The notes: generated by a model not told the origin, from the letters alone. 64,000 nucleotides of DNA from Gammaproteobacteria bacterium (GCA_965209035.1 OZ242372.1:1344001-1408000), one strand, 5' to 3'; numbered from the stretch's first letter, positions 41,086 to 51,834 are shown. Translations and numbers: made by a program.

Positions 41086-44000
41086 ATGAAGAATATTTTA
41101 GATAATAGTTCGCCCGAGAAGAGCGTGGGGAACTTTCTCAAGCAAGAGATACCCAAAGCGGATTTGATGCGTGCGGTCTCGGCATACTTCACCATATACG
41201 CATACGAATCACTGGAAACGGAATTGTCCGACTTAACAGAGTTTCGGTTCTTATACGGCGACCCCAGGTTTGTCGGTTTGGTGGACCCGGACAAGGGCTA
41301 TGTATCCCCTATGAAATTAACGGAGGACGGTCTGACTGTCGTAATGCAACTTCAACAAAAACTGCAAGCTCGGAAGTGTTTGAAGTGGTTGGAAGATGCG
41401 AATGTAAAAATCCGCAGTATGCGCCAAAGCAATTTCTTGCACGGCAAGATGTATCATTTGGAAAAGGCCGACACGGAATATCAAAATGCCACAGTGGGCA
41501 GTGCCAACTTCACCCTTAACGGTTTGGGTTTAAGCACCAACAAAAACATTGAAATTAATATCTTGGCGGACGAGCCGACCGCTCAAAGTTTAAAAGAGTG
41601 GTTTGATATTCTGTGGTCCGATGAGCGCCGGGTCCTGGATGTCAAAGAAAAAGTCCGGGAAGCCCTGCAGAAATTGGGCAAGGACTACTCACCCGAGTTC
41701 GTTTTTTATAAAACACTTTTTGAATATTTCAAAAAGCAGTTTGAAGAATACGAACAAAGCGGAGACATCATTGAGAAGACGCACTTACCGGATACGGAGA
41801 TATGGAAAAAATTGTATAAGTTTCAGAAGAGCGGTGCTCATAACATTATTGCCAAACTGAACCGCTTTAATGGATGCATTCTTGCGGACAGTGTCGGCTT
41901 GGGAAAAACATGGACGGCACTGGCTGCCATAAAATACTTTGAACTTCTGAACGAAAGAGTGCTTGTCCTTTGTCCGAAACGGCTGGAGGAAAATTGGAAG
42001 TACTTTACGCAAGAAAGCGGCATTGTCGGCAATCCTTTGGAGCAAGACAGATTCGCCTATAAGGTTTTGGCACACACCGACCTGTCTTATCCGGACAAAC
42101 CGGGTCTTAGAAACTTTAATTGGGGGGCATATAATCTGGTTGTCATTGACGAATCGCATAACTTTCGCAATGATGCCGGTATCAAAAAAGCGGAAGACGG
42201 GACCGAGAGGATGAGCCGTTACAGATTTTTATTGGAAAAAATAATCAAGGAGGGTGCCAGAAGCAAGGTTCTAATGTTGTCGGCGACGCCGGTCAACAAT
42301 TCTATGCGTGATCTGCGCAATCAAATTTACCTGATGACCGAAGGATCCCGGGATGCCTTTAGCGAGAATTTAAAAATTAATGATCTGGAAAAATTCTTTG
42401 CCCGGGCACAAACAGCATTTCAGCAATGGGAAAAGGAAAAACATAGAAACAAATCGGTCTTGATGGAAAAGTTGGATGACAGATTTTTTAATTTATTGGG
42501 CTCCGTTTCTATTGCCCGTTCCCGGCGTCATATTAAGGAGTTTTATAAAGATGCCGTACAGGAACTCGGAAGTTTTCCCAAACATGCGCCGTTGGTATCA
42601 AAAAAGCCCGAACCGGATGACGCTAAAGATTACAAGTATCAAGATACTTGGCAAGGTATTTCCGACTTTGGCTTATCCATATACAAGGTTTTTCATTATG
42701 TCAAGGATTTGTCTTTGCTGGAGCGGGAGAAGGCAAAGCAGTTTAATCAGAAGGAACGTGAAGAGGCTTTGATTTCCATGCTCAGAATTAATTTTTTGAA
42801 GCGACTGGAAAGTTCGCCGCATGCTTTTTCATTGACCTTGGCACGAACCATCAACAAAATAGAGGAACGCTTGAGTGGGATAAAGGAATGGAATACGAAC
42901 TTGCAAAAGGATGCGGAACTTCCCGAGGATATGTTGGATGAGGGGGGTGCCGAGAGTGAAGAAGATACCGAACTTGTTTTTTATAAAAGGGACAGTATTA
43001 AATATTCCCAACTGGATACGAAAAAGTGGGAAACAGATTTACAAAAAGACAAAGCACAACTCCAAAAAGTTTTGGATAGGGTAAAGGAGATTAACCCGGA
43101 CAGAGACGGGAAGTTGAAGGATCTTAAAGAGGTGATTCGAAAAAAATGGCAGAATGCCCCGACGGATAACGAGGGCAACCCCAACTACAAGATTCTCATT
43201 TTCAGCACTTTCCTGGACACCACCAAATATCTTTATGAAAACCTCCGGCAGCTGGCGGAAGAACACGGACGGCATATTGCTATGGTCAGCGGTGGCGGGC
43301 AGAATATGACAAGCACAGGCAATAACGGATTTCATGATATTTTAAATCAGTTCGCGCCGCATGGCCGCGGTGTCCCGTTGAAGGAAGATGAAGATGCCAT
43401 AGACCTGTTGATAGCCACGGATTGTCTTTCCGAAGGTCAGAATCTGCAGGATTGCGATTGCGTGGTTAATTACGACATCCATTGGAATCCGGTACGTTTA
43501 ATCCAAAGGTTTGGTCGTATTGATCGCTTGGGAAGTAAGAATAAAGAAATCCGAATGATTAATTATTGGCCGCCTTTGAAATTGAATGATTATTTAAATT
43601 TGGAGGGGCGGGTAGAAGCAAGGAAGGGGTTGATGGAATTGGTGAGCACTGGCGACAGTTCTATTCCTTCGGATATGCAAAAGGTTTCCGCGGATGGGGC
43701 CCAGTTGGAATTGTCTTTTCGGAATGAGCAGACAAAGAAAATGGAAGAAGCCGAGGACATCGAAGATCTGTACGCATCGGACAACAGTTTGAGTTTAAGC
43801 GATCTGTCAATGGACGATCTGTTTATGACCCTGCAAGAATATCTTGCGACAAAACGCAAAGAATTGGAAGAGGCGCCTTTGGGTATTTATGCGGTGACGG
43901 ACTTGGAGCGTTCGCCGCTTGTCAGTATTGCCGAGCAAGAGATAAGGCCGGGGGTTATTTTTTGTCTGGGTCAAAAAGAGGAGGAGGGACAAAAAGATGA

Positions 44001-44466
44001 TAATAGCCAAAAAGACGATGAGGGACAAGGACATTGGAAGTCGGTATATCTGGTATACCTGAGGGAAGATCGCAATGCTACATTTAAAGGCGGGGATGTT
44101 GCAGATACGCATATCAGTATTCTTAATATCAAAAAGAACTTCAGGTATTTTCAAGCATTGGCTTCCGGCAAGCACGAACCTCTGCAAGAACTCTGCAGTC
44201 AAACGGAGCGAGAGTTATCCAACAAAGAAGGGTTGGACTTTTATACCCGATTGGTCCGCAAGGCAATTTCGGATATCATCGGCAACTATAGAAATCGGGC
44301 AGTGGCAAAAATCGGGCAGAGAGATTTTACATTACCCAATCAAAATGAAAGGCCGCAGCAAAACAATTTGGAACTCATTAGTTGGTTGATTATCAAAGAC
44401 CCGAGCCAAGAATCGCCGTTCAAAGATTCGGAACAAATCACAAATCATAAACATAATGCCCAATAA
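41086..44466 (+). CDS. PLD-nuclease / SNF2-type helicase fusion
   Basis: LHGKMY..GSANFT (HKD-like), ADSVGLGKT, IDESHNFRN, LSATP, SEGQNLQD, WNPVRLIQRFGRIDR. Confidence 0.9.
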   Translation: MKNILDNSSPEKSVGNFLKQEIPKADLMRAVSAYFTIYAYESLETELSDLTEFRFLYGDPRFVGLVDPDKGYVSPMKLTEDGLTVVMQLQQKLQARKCLKWLEDANVKIRSMRQSNFLHGKMYHLEKADTEYQNATVGSANFTLNGLGLSTNKNIEINILADEPTAQSLKEWFDILWSDERRVLDVKEKVREALQKLGKDYSPEFVFYKTLFEYFKKQFEEYEQSGDIIEKTHLPDTEIWKKLYKFQKSGAHNIIAKLNRFNGCILADSVGLGKTWTALAAIKYFELLNERVLVLCPKRLEENWKYFTQESGIVGNPLEQDRFAYKVLAHTDLSYPDKPGLRNFNWGAYNLVVIDESHNFRNDAGIKKAEDGTERMSRYRFLLEKIIKEGARSKVLMLSATPVNNSMRDLRNQIYLMTEGSRDAFSENLKINDLEKFFARAQTAFQQWEKEKHRNKSVLMEKLDDRFFNLLGSVSIARSRRHIKEFYKDAVQELGSFPKHAPLVSKKPEPDDAKDYKYQDTWQGISDFGLSIYKVFHYVKDLSLLEREKAKQFNQKEREEALISMLRINFLKRLESSPHAFSLTLARTINKIEERLSGIKEWNTNLQKDAELPEDMLDEGGAESEEDTELVFYKRDSIKYSQLDTKKWETDLQKDKAQLQKVLDRVKEINPDRDGKLKDLKEVIRKKWQNAPTDNEGNPNYKILIFSTFLDTTKYLYENLRQLAEEHGRHIAMVSGGGQNMTSTGNNGFHDILNQFAPHGRGVPLKEDEDAIDLLIATDCLSEGQNLQDCDCVVNYDIHWNPVRLIQRFGRIDRLGSKNKEIRMINYWPPLKLNDYLNLEGRVEARKGLMELVSTGDSSIPSDMQKVSADGAQLELSFRNEQTKKMEEAEDIEDLYASDNSLSLSDLSMDDLFMTLQEYLATKRKELEEAPLGIYAVTDLERSPLVSIAEQEIRPGVIFCLGQKEEEGQKDDNSQKDDEGQGHWKSVYLVYLREDRNATFKGGDVADTHISILNIKKNFRYFQALASGKHEPLQELCSQTERELSNKEGLDFYTRLVRKAISDIIGNYRNRAVAKIGQRDFTLPNQNERPQQNNLELISWLIIKDPSQESPFKDSEQITNHKHNAQ

Positions 44467-47400
44467 TACTTCAACAAATGCTTCCGCGGATCCGGCTGCC
44501 GGGCAAAAGATTAAAAATCTCCTGGGGGGCTTGGCCGGCCCGGGAAGTTTTACGGCGGAAAGCATTCTCAAATTACTCGGCGGTTTAAATTATGAAAGTG
44601 AAAGAAAGGCGGAGGATATTTACCGTTCCTCTTCAACGGGTCAAGATGCAAGTCTGAAAGAAGAAGGGGCGGACTATGACGAGCGAAATACGATACCTTT
44701 TTTAAAATATCTTAAAGAAGAAGACTGGCAAGAGATTCATACTATTCCCTTGGTATTGCAGTTTACCAATGACGAAATAAGACCGCAGGATGGTTTGTTT
44801 GATGGAAAAGAATTTAATCCCCAAAACAACAGTTGTTTTTACTTTTTAGCGGTAGATCTTCTTGAAGAGAAGAAAAGATCACGCACAAACTATGTGCGTA
44901 AAGTCAGACAGATTAGTCGCGGATTTGAGACACCGGTCATTATATTTTTACGCAATGGCGACAAACTGACTATTGCCTTTGCCGATTGTCGTCCTTCAAG
45001 GAGAGATCAAAATAAGGATGTCATTACTTCCGTTTCCTTACTGCACGAAATTAATACGAAAAATCCGCACAGAGCGCATACGGATCTTCTGACGGATTTA
45101 AATTTTAAGAAAAGAGAGAAATGGATGCGGGATGAAAATGCATCTTATGATTTTGAGGGGCTGCGTAAATCTTGGTTGCAGGTATTGGATGTTAGCGAAC
45201 TCAATAAAAAGTTTTACCGGGAATTACAACAATGGTTTCAAAGAGCCTGCAAAGAAGCCAAGTTTCCAAAAGCCATCATTAAGCATCCCGGCCAAGATGA
45301 CCGCACAGTATCTGTGGAGGAGCAAGTGATGCGTCTGATAACCCGTATTCTTTTCATATGGTTTATGAAGGAAAAGAAGTTGGTGCCGAAGGAATTGTTT
45401 AAGAAGAGCAAAGTATCCGAATGGTTAACATTAAAAGATGAAACAAAATCCGGCGGAAACTATTATCAAGTTGTTCTACAAAATCTGTTTTTTGCGACTC
45501 TCTGTACACCGATTGCCGAGCGTGACTCCGGGCAGCCCGGTAAAAATGATCCAAACTACCACTACAAATACCAAGATCTGATGACAGGCCCGGACCCGGA
45601 GGACTTGTTGCAAGAATTTGAGAAAATCCCTTTCATTAATGGCGGGCTTTTTGAGTGTCAAGATCATCGCACAGCAGAGGAGAAGCGTTTAATAGACTGC
45701 TTTACCAATGATCTTGCCGAGCGCAAGGAATTGTCTGTACCGGATGCACTTTTCTTTGGTAAAAACGGGCTATTTGAATTGTTGAATCGTTACAAGTGGA
45801 CGGTAGAAGAAAATACGCCGCTGACCCAAGAGGTCGCTTTGGACCCGAAACTGTTGGGGATGACATTTGAAAATCTTCTGGCAAGCCTTGATCAGGATAC
45901 CCAGGAGGATGTGCGTAAAAAAACCGGCTCTTACTATACGCCGCGCAGCATCGTTTCTTATATGGTTCAAGAATCCTTGACTGCTCATTTAATTAGCCGG
46001 GTAAAAAGTGATGACAGTGAAGGCAGCGTAGATGCGACAGAAAAGTTTTCAAAAAAAGTATCAAAATTATTTGAGGAGAATTTTGAGGAGAGTTTTGATA
46101 AAGAATCATTTACGAAACAGGAGACCAAATCTCTGGTGTCAGAAATTCACTCTATTAAGGTATTGGACCCCGCTGTTGGCTCGGGTGCTTTCCCGATGGA
46201 AGTGTTATTGCAACTTGCACGCGCCCTCAAACATCTGGACCCGGATAATAAAGTATGGCCTAATTGGAAAATGAAGGGAATTGAGCATGACACCAAAATA
46301 TTGAAAAAATCGAACCTTGGAGAGGAACAGTTCAAAAAAAATGATTATCTGCGTAAGTTATACTTGATCCGGGATAACATATTCGGTGTGGATGTTTTAC
46401 CCATAGCCTGCCAGATTGCAAAATTACGCTTCTTCATTTCGTTGATCATAGAGCAAACACAAAATGATGACCGGAATGATAACTTTGGCATACACCCTCT
46501 TCCTAACTTGGAAACAAAGATCATTGCTGCGAATACTTTATTCAATAAAAATATATCTCTGCTAAAATCCAAGTCGTCGACTCAAAAAATAGAACGCCTA
46601 ATTTTAGAAAATCGCAAACGCTATTTTACGACTCACAAAAAACAGGATAAAAAAGAATGTATCGCGTTGGACTCTAAGTTGCGCGGAGAATTGTGCGAGG
46701 AATTAAAAAAGGTAGATCCTGAGCGAGCCGAGTATCTTACAGATCAGATCTTGGACTGGGATTTCTTTAATCAGCATATATCCGCAGACTGGTTTGATGC
46801 CGACTGGATGTTCGGCGAAACGGACGGTTTTAATTTAATCATCGGCAATCCGCCGTACAGGCAATTACAAAAAGAAGGAGGGCGTTTAGGAAAACTTTAT
46901 GTGGGACAAAATTATCATAGTTATGAAAAAAAGGGGGACATCTATTGTCTTTTTTATGAAAAAGGAATTCAACTTCTTAAGCAAAATGGCCACCTTTGTT
47001 ATATTACCAGTAATAAATGGCTACGCTCACAATACGGATTTTCCATGAGAGAGTACTTGGCAAATAATTCTCGAATTAAACAAATCATTAATCTGGGGGC
47101 GAATATCTTTTCCACTGTTGCTGTGGATACGAATATCCTTTTGACGGCGAAAGAAGAACCTTCAAATAGGGTGAAAACACTGACTTGTGATCTGAGTGGT
47201 TGCGATAAAAAGAACCTAAATAGTGCGGCGGGTATAAGGGAAGTCTTTCAGAAAAATGCAAGTAAAAGTATCTTAAGACAAGATGGCAGCATATGGTGGG
47301 ATATCCACTCTGATCCTTGGATAGCAGAAATAACAAGAAAAGTCAAGGCAAAAATTGACGAAGGCAAGGGCAACTCACTACAAAAGTGGCCGGGAATATC

Positions 47401-48253
47401 TATTAGACGCGGCATTGTTACCGGATGCAATGAAGTATTGATAATTAACAAGAGTCATAGAGATCAATTGATTTCTGAAGATGCTAATAGTCAAAACCTA
47501 ATCAGGCCTCTTATCCGAGGAAAAGAGATAGGGAGGTATGATATTAATTCTCAGGATAATTATTTGATTTATATCCCATCTTCTCAAAATAAAAAATGGC
47601 CTTGGTCTGAATATCAAAAAGAGGAAGAAGCAGAAAAAATATTCTTAGAACATCATCCGGGAGTCGGCAAATATTTGCACAGCCATAAGGATAAATTAAA
47701 AAATATTGTCTCTAAAAAACAGTTTTATTGGGAAGCAGATACTTGTGCTTTTTATAAAAGTTTCGAAGAAAATAAAATTGTGGGTAAAGAGATGTTGTCG
47801 AGTCCGTCGTTTTTTTACGATAGGGAAAAAAGAATTGTTCTTGATACCTGCCTTATGATTAATGTCCCCAATGTCCCCGATACCTCCGATGCCTCCGATG
47901 CCTCCAATGCCGAATATTTACTCGGAATGCTGAATTCTAAATTACTATCTTTTGCTTACAAGACTTTTTATGCGGGCGGTGGTTTGGGGGACAAGGGTTT
48001 CCGATATAAAAAGAGTTTTCTTAAAAAATTACCGGTGATAATCTTTGATCCCCAAAATTCTAAACATCAATCTCTTGTTAAGTTAGTGCAAAAGATCAAC
48101 AACTCCGTAAGCAAAGACGGTATGTCCGCATCTGTGAAAGAATGGATCAACGAAACAGATCAACTCGTGTACGAGATATACAAATTAACCCCGAAAGAAA
48201 TAATCTTGATAGAAGCAGAAATGCCCCTGACAGAAAAAGAAAACCAAGTTTGA
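44456..48253 (+). CDS. large gamma-class N6-adenine DNA methyltransferase (Eco57I/TaqI-C-like)
   Basis: GSYYTP, LDPAVGSGAF (motif I), IGNPPY (motif IV), C-terminal TRD LNSKL..; overlaps the helicase stop. Confidence 0.9.
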   Translation: MPNNTSTNASADPAAGQKIKNLLGGLAGPGSFTAESILKLLGGLNYESERKAEDIYRSSSTGQDASLKEEGADYDERNTIPFLKYLKEEDWQEIHTIPLVLQFTNDEIRPQDGLFDGKEFNPQNNSCFYFLAVDLLEEKKRSRTNYVRKVRQISRGFETPVIIFLRNGDKLTIAFADCRPSRRDQNKDVITSVSLLHEINTKNPHRAHTDLLTDLNFKKREKWMRDENASYDFEGLRKSWLQVLDVSELNKKFYRELQQWFQRACKEAKFPKAIIKHPGQDDRTVSVEEQVMRLITRILFIWFMKEKKLVPKELFKKSKVSEWLTLKDETKSGGNYYQVVLQNLFFATLCTPIAERDSGQPGKNDPNYHYKYQDLMTGPDPEDLLQEFEKIPFINGGLFECQDHRTAEEKRLIDCFTNDLAERKELSVPDALFFGKNGLFELLNRYKWTVEENTPLTQEVALDPKLLGMTFENLLASLDQDTQEDVRKKTGSYYTPRSIVSYMVQESLTAHLISRVKSDDSEGSVDATEKFSKKVSKLFEENFEESFDKESFTKQETKSLVSEIHSIKVLDPAVGSGAFPMEVLLQLARALKHLDPDNKVWPNWKMKGIEHDTKILKKSNLGEEQFKKNDYLRKLYLIRDNIFGVDVLPIACQIAKLRFFISLIIEQTQNDDRNDNFGIHPLPNLETKIIAANTLFNKNISLLKSKSSTQKIERLILENRKRYFTTHKKQDKKECIALDSKLRGELCEELKKVDPERAEYLTDQILDWDFFNQHISADWFDADWMFGETDGFNLIIGNPPYRQLQKEGGRLGKLYVGQNYHSYEKKGDIYCLFYEKGIQLLKQNGHLCYITSNKWLRSQYGFSMREYLANNSRIKQIINLGANIFSTVAVDTNILLTAKEEPSNRVKTLTCDLSGCDKKNLNSAAGIREVFQKNASKSILRQDGSIWWDIHSDPWIAEITRKVKAKIDEGKGNSLQKWPGISIRRGIVTGCNEVLIINKSHRDQLISEDANSQNLIRPLIRGKEIGRYDINSQDNYLIYIPSSQNKKWPWSEYQKEEEAEKIFLEHHPGVGKYLHSHKDKLKNIVSKKQFYWEADTCAFYKSFEENKIVGKEMLSSPSFFYDREKRIVLDTCLMINVPNVPDTSDASDASNAEYLLGMLNSKLLSFAYKTFYAGGGLGDKGFRYKKSFLKKLPVIIFDPQNSKHQSLVKLVQKINNSVSKDGMSASVKEWINETDQLVYEIYKLTPKEIILIEAEMPLTEKENQV

Positions 48254-48496
48254 CATAAAAAGCCTTCCATATTCTTATGTGGCACACCATTTCAGTAACC
48301 CACCTCCAAACTTATTGATGTAATACTAATTTTTCATAACTTATAAACTTAAGAAAATCAATATAAATGTTTTAGAGTACTACATAGTACAATACTCTCT
48401 AAACTAAAAAGTACAAATGATTCATAATATAATTCTAGTATATATAAGAATATGAAAGATAGACAAGGAAACAAGGACCGGTAAAAAAGAAAAAGA

Positions 48497-49012
48497 TTGA
48501 TGGGAGCATATTTAAGTAACGGGTATATTTTAGATCCAAAGAAAAAAGAAATTATTATTAAATTTCATGAAGAAAATGAACCTCCATATTTGATCAATCA
48601 ATTATCTCAGAAATTTGGTGTGGAAAGAGTGTACTCCACAGATATGCCTTGTAACATTTCCGGCTGGGTAAAAAAATCAGGTGAAGGGAAATATGAAATA
48701 GCATTAAACAATAAAGAAAATTTTAGGCGCAAAAGATTTACCGCTGCCCACGAATTGGCGCATCTTTTGTTACACGAAGAATTTATTGGAGATGGGATAC
48801 AAGACGATGCTTTGTATCGGAGTAAGCTATCTTCGGATAAAGAGGTTCAAGCCAACAAACTGGCAGCAGATATTCTTATGCCGTATCGTAAAGTCTATGA
48901 CTTTTTAGGGGTGGGTGCGAAAATGATAGAACTGCCTTCTATTTTTGAAGTTTCACATTTAGCGATGTGTATCCGACTTGGAGTGAGTGATGTTGCTTTG
49001 GCAAATTCATAA
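48497..49012 (+). CDS. ImmA/IrrE-family zinc metallopeptidase (copy 1)
   Basis: RKRFTAAHELAH (HExxH) ... EVQANKLAADILMP. Confidence 0.88.
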   Translation: MMGAYLSNGYILDPKKKEIIIKFHEENEPPYLINQLSQKFGVERVYSTDMPCNISGWVKKSGEGKYEIALNNKENFRRKRFTAAHELAHLLLHEEFIGDGIQDDALYRSKLSSDKEVQANKLAADILMPYRKVYDFLGVGAKMIELPSIFEVSHLAMCIRLGVSDVALANS

Positions 49013-49073
49013 TTCAATAAGAATAATCATTTACAAGAAAGGAAACAAGGACCGGTAAAAAAGAGAAAGATTT

Positions 49074-49589
49074 ATGAAAGCATATTTAAATAACGGATAT
49101 ACTTTAGATTCAAACAAACAAAAAACTATTCGGTGGTTTCATAAGGATGGTGAACCTCCTTATTCTGTGAGCAAGTTGGCTAAACTTTTTGGAATAGAAA
49201 AATTGTATTCCGGGGATTTACCTTATAACATTTCCGGTTGTATCAAAAAAATTGGTAAAGAGGATCAGTACGAAATAGTATTAAATAGCGGGGAAAGTTA
49301 TAACCGCAGAAGATTTACGGCAGCGCACGAACTGGCACATTTTTTATTACACAAAGATGATATAGGAGATGGGATCAAAGATGATGCTTTGTATCGCAGC
49401 AAGTTATCCACGATCCAAGAAGTGGAAGCGAATAAACTGGCGGCAGATATCTTAATGCCGTTGGATAAAATTTATGAGATTTTAGGCAAGGATAAAAGGT
49501 TGGCGGAATTATCTTCTATTTTTGAAGTTTCAAATTTAGCGATGTGTATCCGCCTTGGAGTTAATGAATTAACTTTATTGAGTTCATAA
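49074..49589 (+). CDS. ImmA/IrrE-family zinc metallopeptidase (copy 2)
   Basis: RRRFTAAHELAH ... EVEANKLAADILMP; shares the upstream aaggaaacaaggaccggtaaaaa with copy 1. Confidence 0.88.
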   Translation: MKAYLNNGYTLDSNKQKTIRWFHKDGEPPYSVSKLAKLFGIEKLYSGDLPYNISGCIKKIGKEDQYEIVLNSGESYNRRRFTAAHELAHFLLHKDDIGDGIKDDALYRSKLSTIQEVEANKLAADILMPLDKIYEILGKDKRLAELSSIFEVSNLAMCIRLGVNELTLLSS

Positions 49590-49632
49590 TTCAATCAATC
49601 ATAGTATAATAATACTACACAAACATAAAAAT

Positions 49633-49760
49633 ATGAAGGGCGGCGCAAAAAAACAAACAGGGGAAACAATGAGCGTTTTCCAATTTATGAAAATAGTGCC
49701 GGATGAGGCAACTGCTCACAAGTTTACGGAAACGCTAATTTGGTCGGACGGGGTCAAATT
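49633..49760 (+). pseudogene. possible IS1595-family transposase N-terminal fragment
   Basis: MSVFQFMKIVPDEATAHKFTETLIWSDG resembles IS1595 N-termini, truncated before the Zn ribbon. Confidence 0.5.
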
Positions 49761-49840
49761 GAAGTCCCTTTTTATTTGGCGTTTCATTAATGAGAGCGGA
49801 CAAAGTATAGTAGTTTGATGAAACAAGCGGGTATTGGATT

Positions 49841-50326
49841 ATGAAAAAAGAAGGAAAATATAAGCCTTCTATATTGGCGAATCATTTTATTCATAGGGCG
49901 AGACAAGATAAAGTAACGATCACTAACTTATCTTTACAAAAACTGCTTTATTTCTTACACGGTTATTATTTAGTTAAAACGGATAAAAGTTTATGCCGGG
50001 AACATTTTCAACCTTGGCATTACGGACCTGTTATAGAAAGTGTTTATCAGTATTTTAAGCGTTATGGTATGACATCTATTAAGGAATATTATGCGGAGTA
50101 TGATCCAAAGAGCACAAACTTTATTTCTTGTATTGTTTCGGATAAAGATGAAGAATTCCGGCAAGTTTTTGATGAGGTATGGGGGTCATACGGGAGAAAA
50201 GATCCCTTTGTAATGGTTAATATTTCACATCGCGATGGCGGGGCTTGGTCCGAAGCCAGACGCAATAACCAATTGTATTTAGCAGACGAAGCCATAAAAA
50301 AAGAATTTAGCGTTATTTGTAAATAA
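49841..50326 (+). CDS. Panacea/SocA (DUF4065) antitoxin-domain protein
   Basis: LANHFI..ITNLSLQKLLYF.HG..FQPWHYGPV..VY..SH..GAW. Confidence 0.88.
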   Translation: MKKEGKYKPSILANHFIHRARQDKVTITNLSLQKLLYFLHGYYLVKTDKSLCREHFQPWHYGPVIESVYQYFKRYGMTSIKEYYAEYDPKSTNFISCIVSDKDEEFRQVFDEVWGSYGRKDPFVMVNISHRDGGAWSEARRNNQLYLADEAIKKEFSVICK

Positions 50327-50661
50327 TGTTAGATCATAATACAAATAGTTCTGAACCCCAAGTAATTGAACGGGAGAGTGGGGAAGACAAATTACAAGAA
50401 GATTTATTAAAATCCAGGAAGTTAAAAACTGGTTTAAGGGGTTTTTTAGGTGAAGAAGAAGAAAAAATAACTAATATCGTATTTTTGACATTAGCTGCTA
50501 TATTTCTCTTAATTGCTGCCTTTATATTCCTCCCATATTTTTTCGATCCCCCAAAAGATATGTGGATTGAATTTAGTTCTATTTATGTTTTTCTTACCAG
50601 TATGGCTACACTCGCTTTTGGCTATATTTTTGGACGAAGCTCACAACCTAAAGGCAAGTAA
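50326..50661 (+). CDS. two-TM small protein, candidate cognate toxin
   Basis: TAATG overlap with the Panacea gene; two hydrophobic helices ending AFGYIFG. Confidence 0.6.
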   Translation: MLDHNTNSSEPQVIERESGEDKLQEDLLKSRKLKTGLRGFLGEEEEKITNIVFLTLAAIFLLIAAFIFLPYFFDPPKDMWIEFSSIYVFLTSMATLAFGYIFGRSSQPKGK

Positions 50662-50674
50662 CTAGCGTAACACC

Positions 50675-50862
50675 CGCATCATCTCATAAAGGTTTTGGAC
50701 TCTGAGTTCGGCATTGTGCGTTCTCGGATCAATGCATTCAACGCCGGACGCATTGATGACTAACTTCTTTGGCATCATTTCAAACATCTCCGTTATTCTT
50801 ATAAACAATTCTCGCCGGTTCGGTTCTTAATCAAAAAATCCGAAGTCGGATGGAATTATGCA
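50675..50862 (-). mobile_element. ~188-bp MITE-family copy with both ends
   Basis: cgcatcatctcataaaggttttggactctgag ... atccgaagtcggatggaattatgca. Confidence 0.6.
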
Positions 50863-50941
50863 GACTTGTATATCTCTTGGAAGGTGGAATGTCTTTGGCT
50901 TTAGGAACGATTATTATTAAACTTAACAAGAGGAAAACAAA

Positions 50942-51277
50942 ATGGAAGAAAGAGATATTGAAATAACTGACGAACTCGTCACTCGCACCAATGCCCTGCT
51001 TAAGGAATTAGGCAAGGACAAAGAATATGTGGCAGAGGAGAGCGGCAGTGCACATATGTTAAATATATTAACCCGTGACGAGAACTGTATTAAGTGCCTT
51101 GAGGGCTGGGCAGTCCAAAAGGACGATGGAACTTACGAAGTGAGCTCCGGCACTGCACCCGCTTATGACGCCGACGTCGTCACCGTGTCCGGCAACGATG
51201 ACGATGCTCGTGATGCAATCTTGAGTGGTATGCGTCCGCTGATCGAGGCTCTACCGAAAGTTACAAAGAAAAAATAA
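50942..51277 (+). CDS. hypothetical protein
   Basis: AGAGG RBS upstream; plausible composition; family not recognised. Confidence 0.65.
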   Translation: MEERDIEITDELVTRTNALLKELGKDKEYVAEESGSAHMLNILTRDENCIKCLEGWAVQKDDGTYEVSSGTAPAYDADVVTVSGNDDDARDAILSGMRPLIEALPKVTKKK

Positions 51278-51303
51278 AAGGAGCGTTGAATAGAGGTGTG
51301 TAA

Positions 51304-51660
51304 ATGATAGAAGAATATAATACGTGGTTTCTTGCCGAAGGAAAAAGTCAAACCAAAAAAGTTACATTTAGGAAATGGCTTGCGGTTCTGGGAGCAGATG
51401 GAATAGAAAAGGGGCATCCGCCAAGTACTGTGCGGCAATATAGCAACGCCATAGACAAGATTTCCCAACACTATTCAGAAAACAGAGAACCCATAGATTT
51501 GTATGAGGTGAATGATGTTGAGGAATTATCGCGCATCTCCACTCTTTATCGCAGTGGCGAATACAAAGGAGTTGGTAGAACTTGGTCCGGGGATTATAGA
51601 GCAGCCATTCAGAAACTCGTTAATTTCGAGAAATACCTAAACGAACACAACCTTCGTTGA
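51304..51660 (+). CDS. hypothetical protein
   Basis: GAGGT RBS upstream; follows 50942-51277; family not recognised. Confidence 0.6.
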   Translation: MIEEYNTWFLAEGKSQTKKVTFRKWLAVLGADGIEKGHPPSTVRQYSNAIDKISQHYSENREPIDLYEVNDVEELSRISTLYRSGEYKGVGRTWSGDYRAAIQKLVNFEKYLNEHNLR

Positions 51661-51834
51661 TCTTAACCGGTTAACGAGAAGGGATAATACTGCTACTGCT
51701 TTGAGGGATCTTGTGCGAAATACCGGGCGAACCTCATTTCGCGGCACCCTTTGAAATCTTAACCGGGACTATGGCATAGCCCCGCCGCAGAAAGCAGATA
51801 TCGGTTTTTGAATGATGCGATGCTGTGGCTAATT

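Noticed and set aside
41086-48253. Complete DISARM, BREX or type I/III RM system
   Set aside because: Core partners (DrmA/DrmB, PglZ/BrxC, HsdS/HsdR, Res) are not present.
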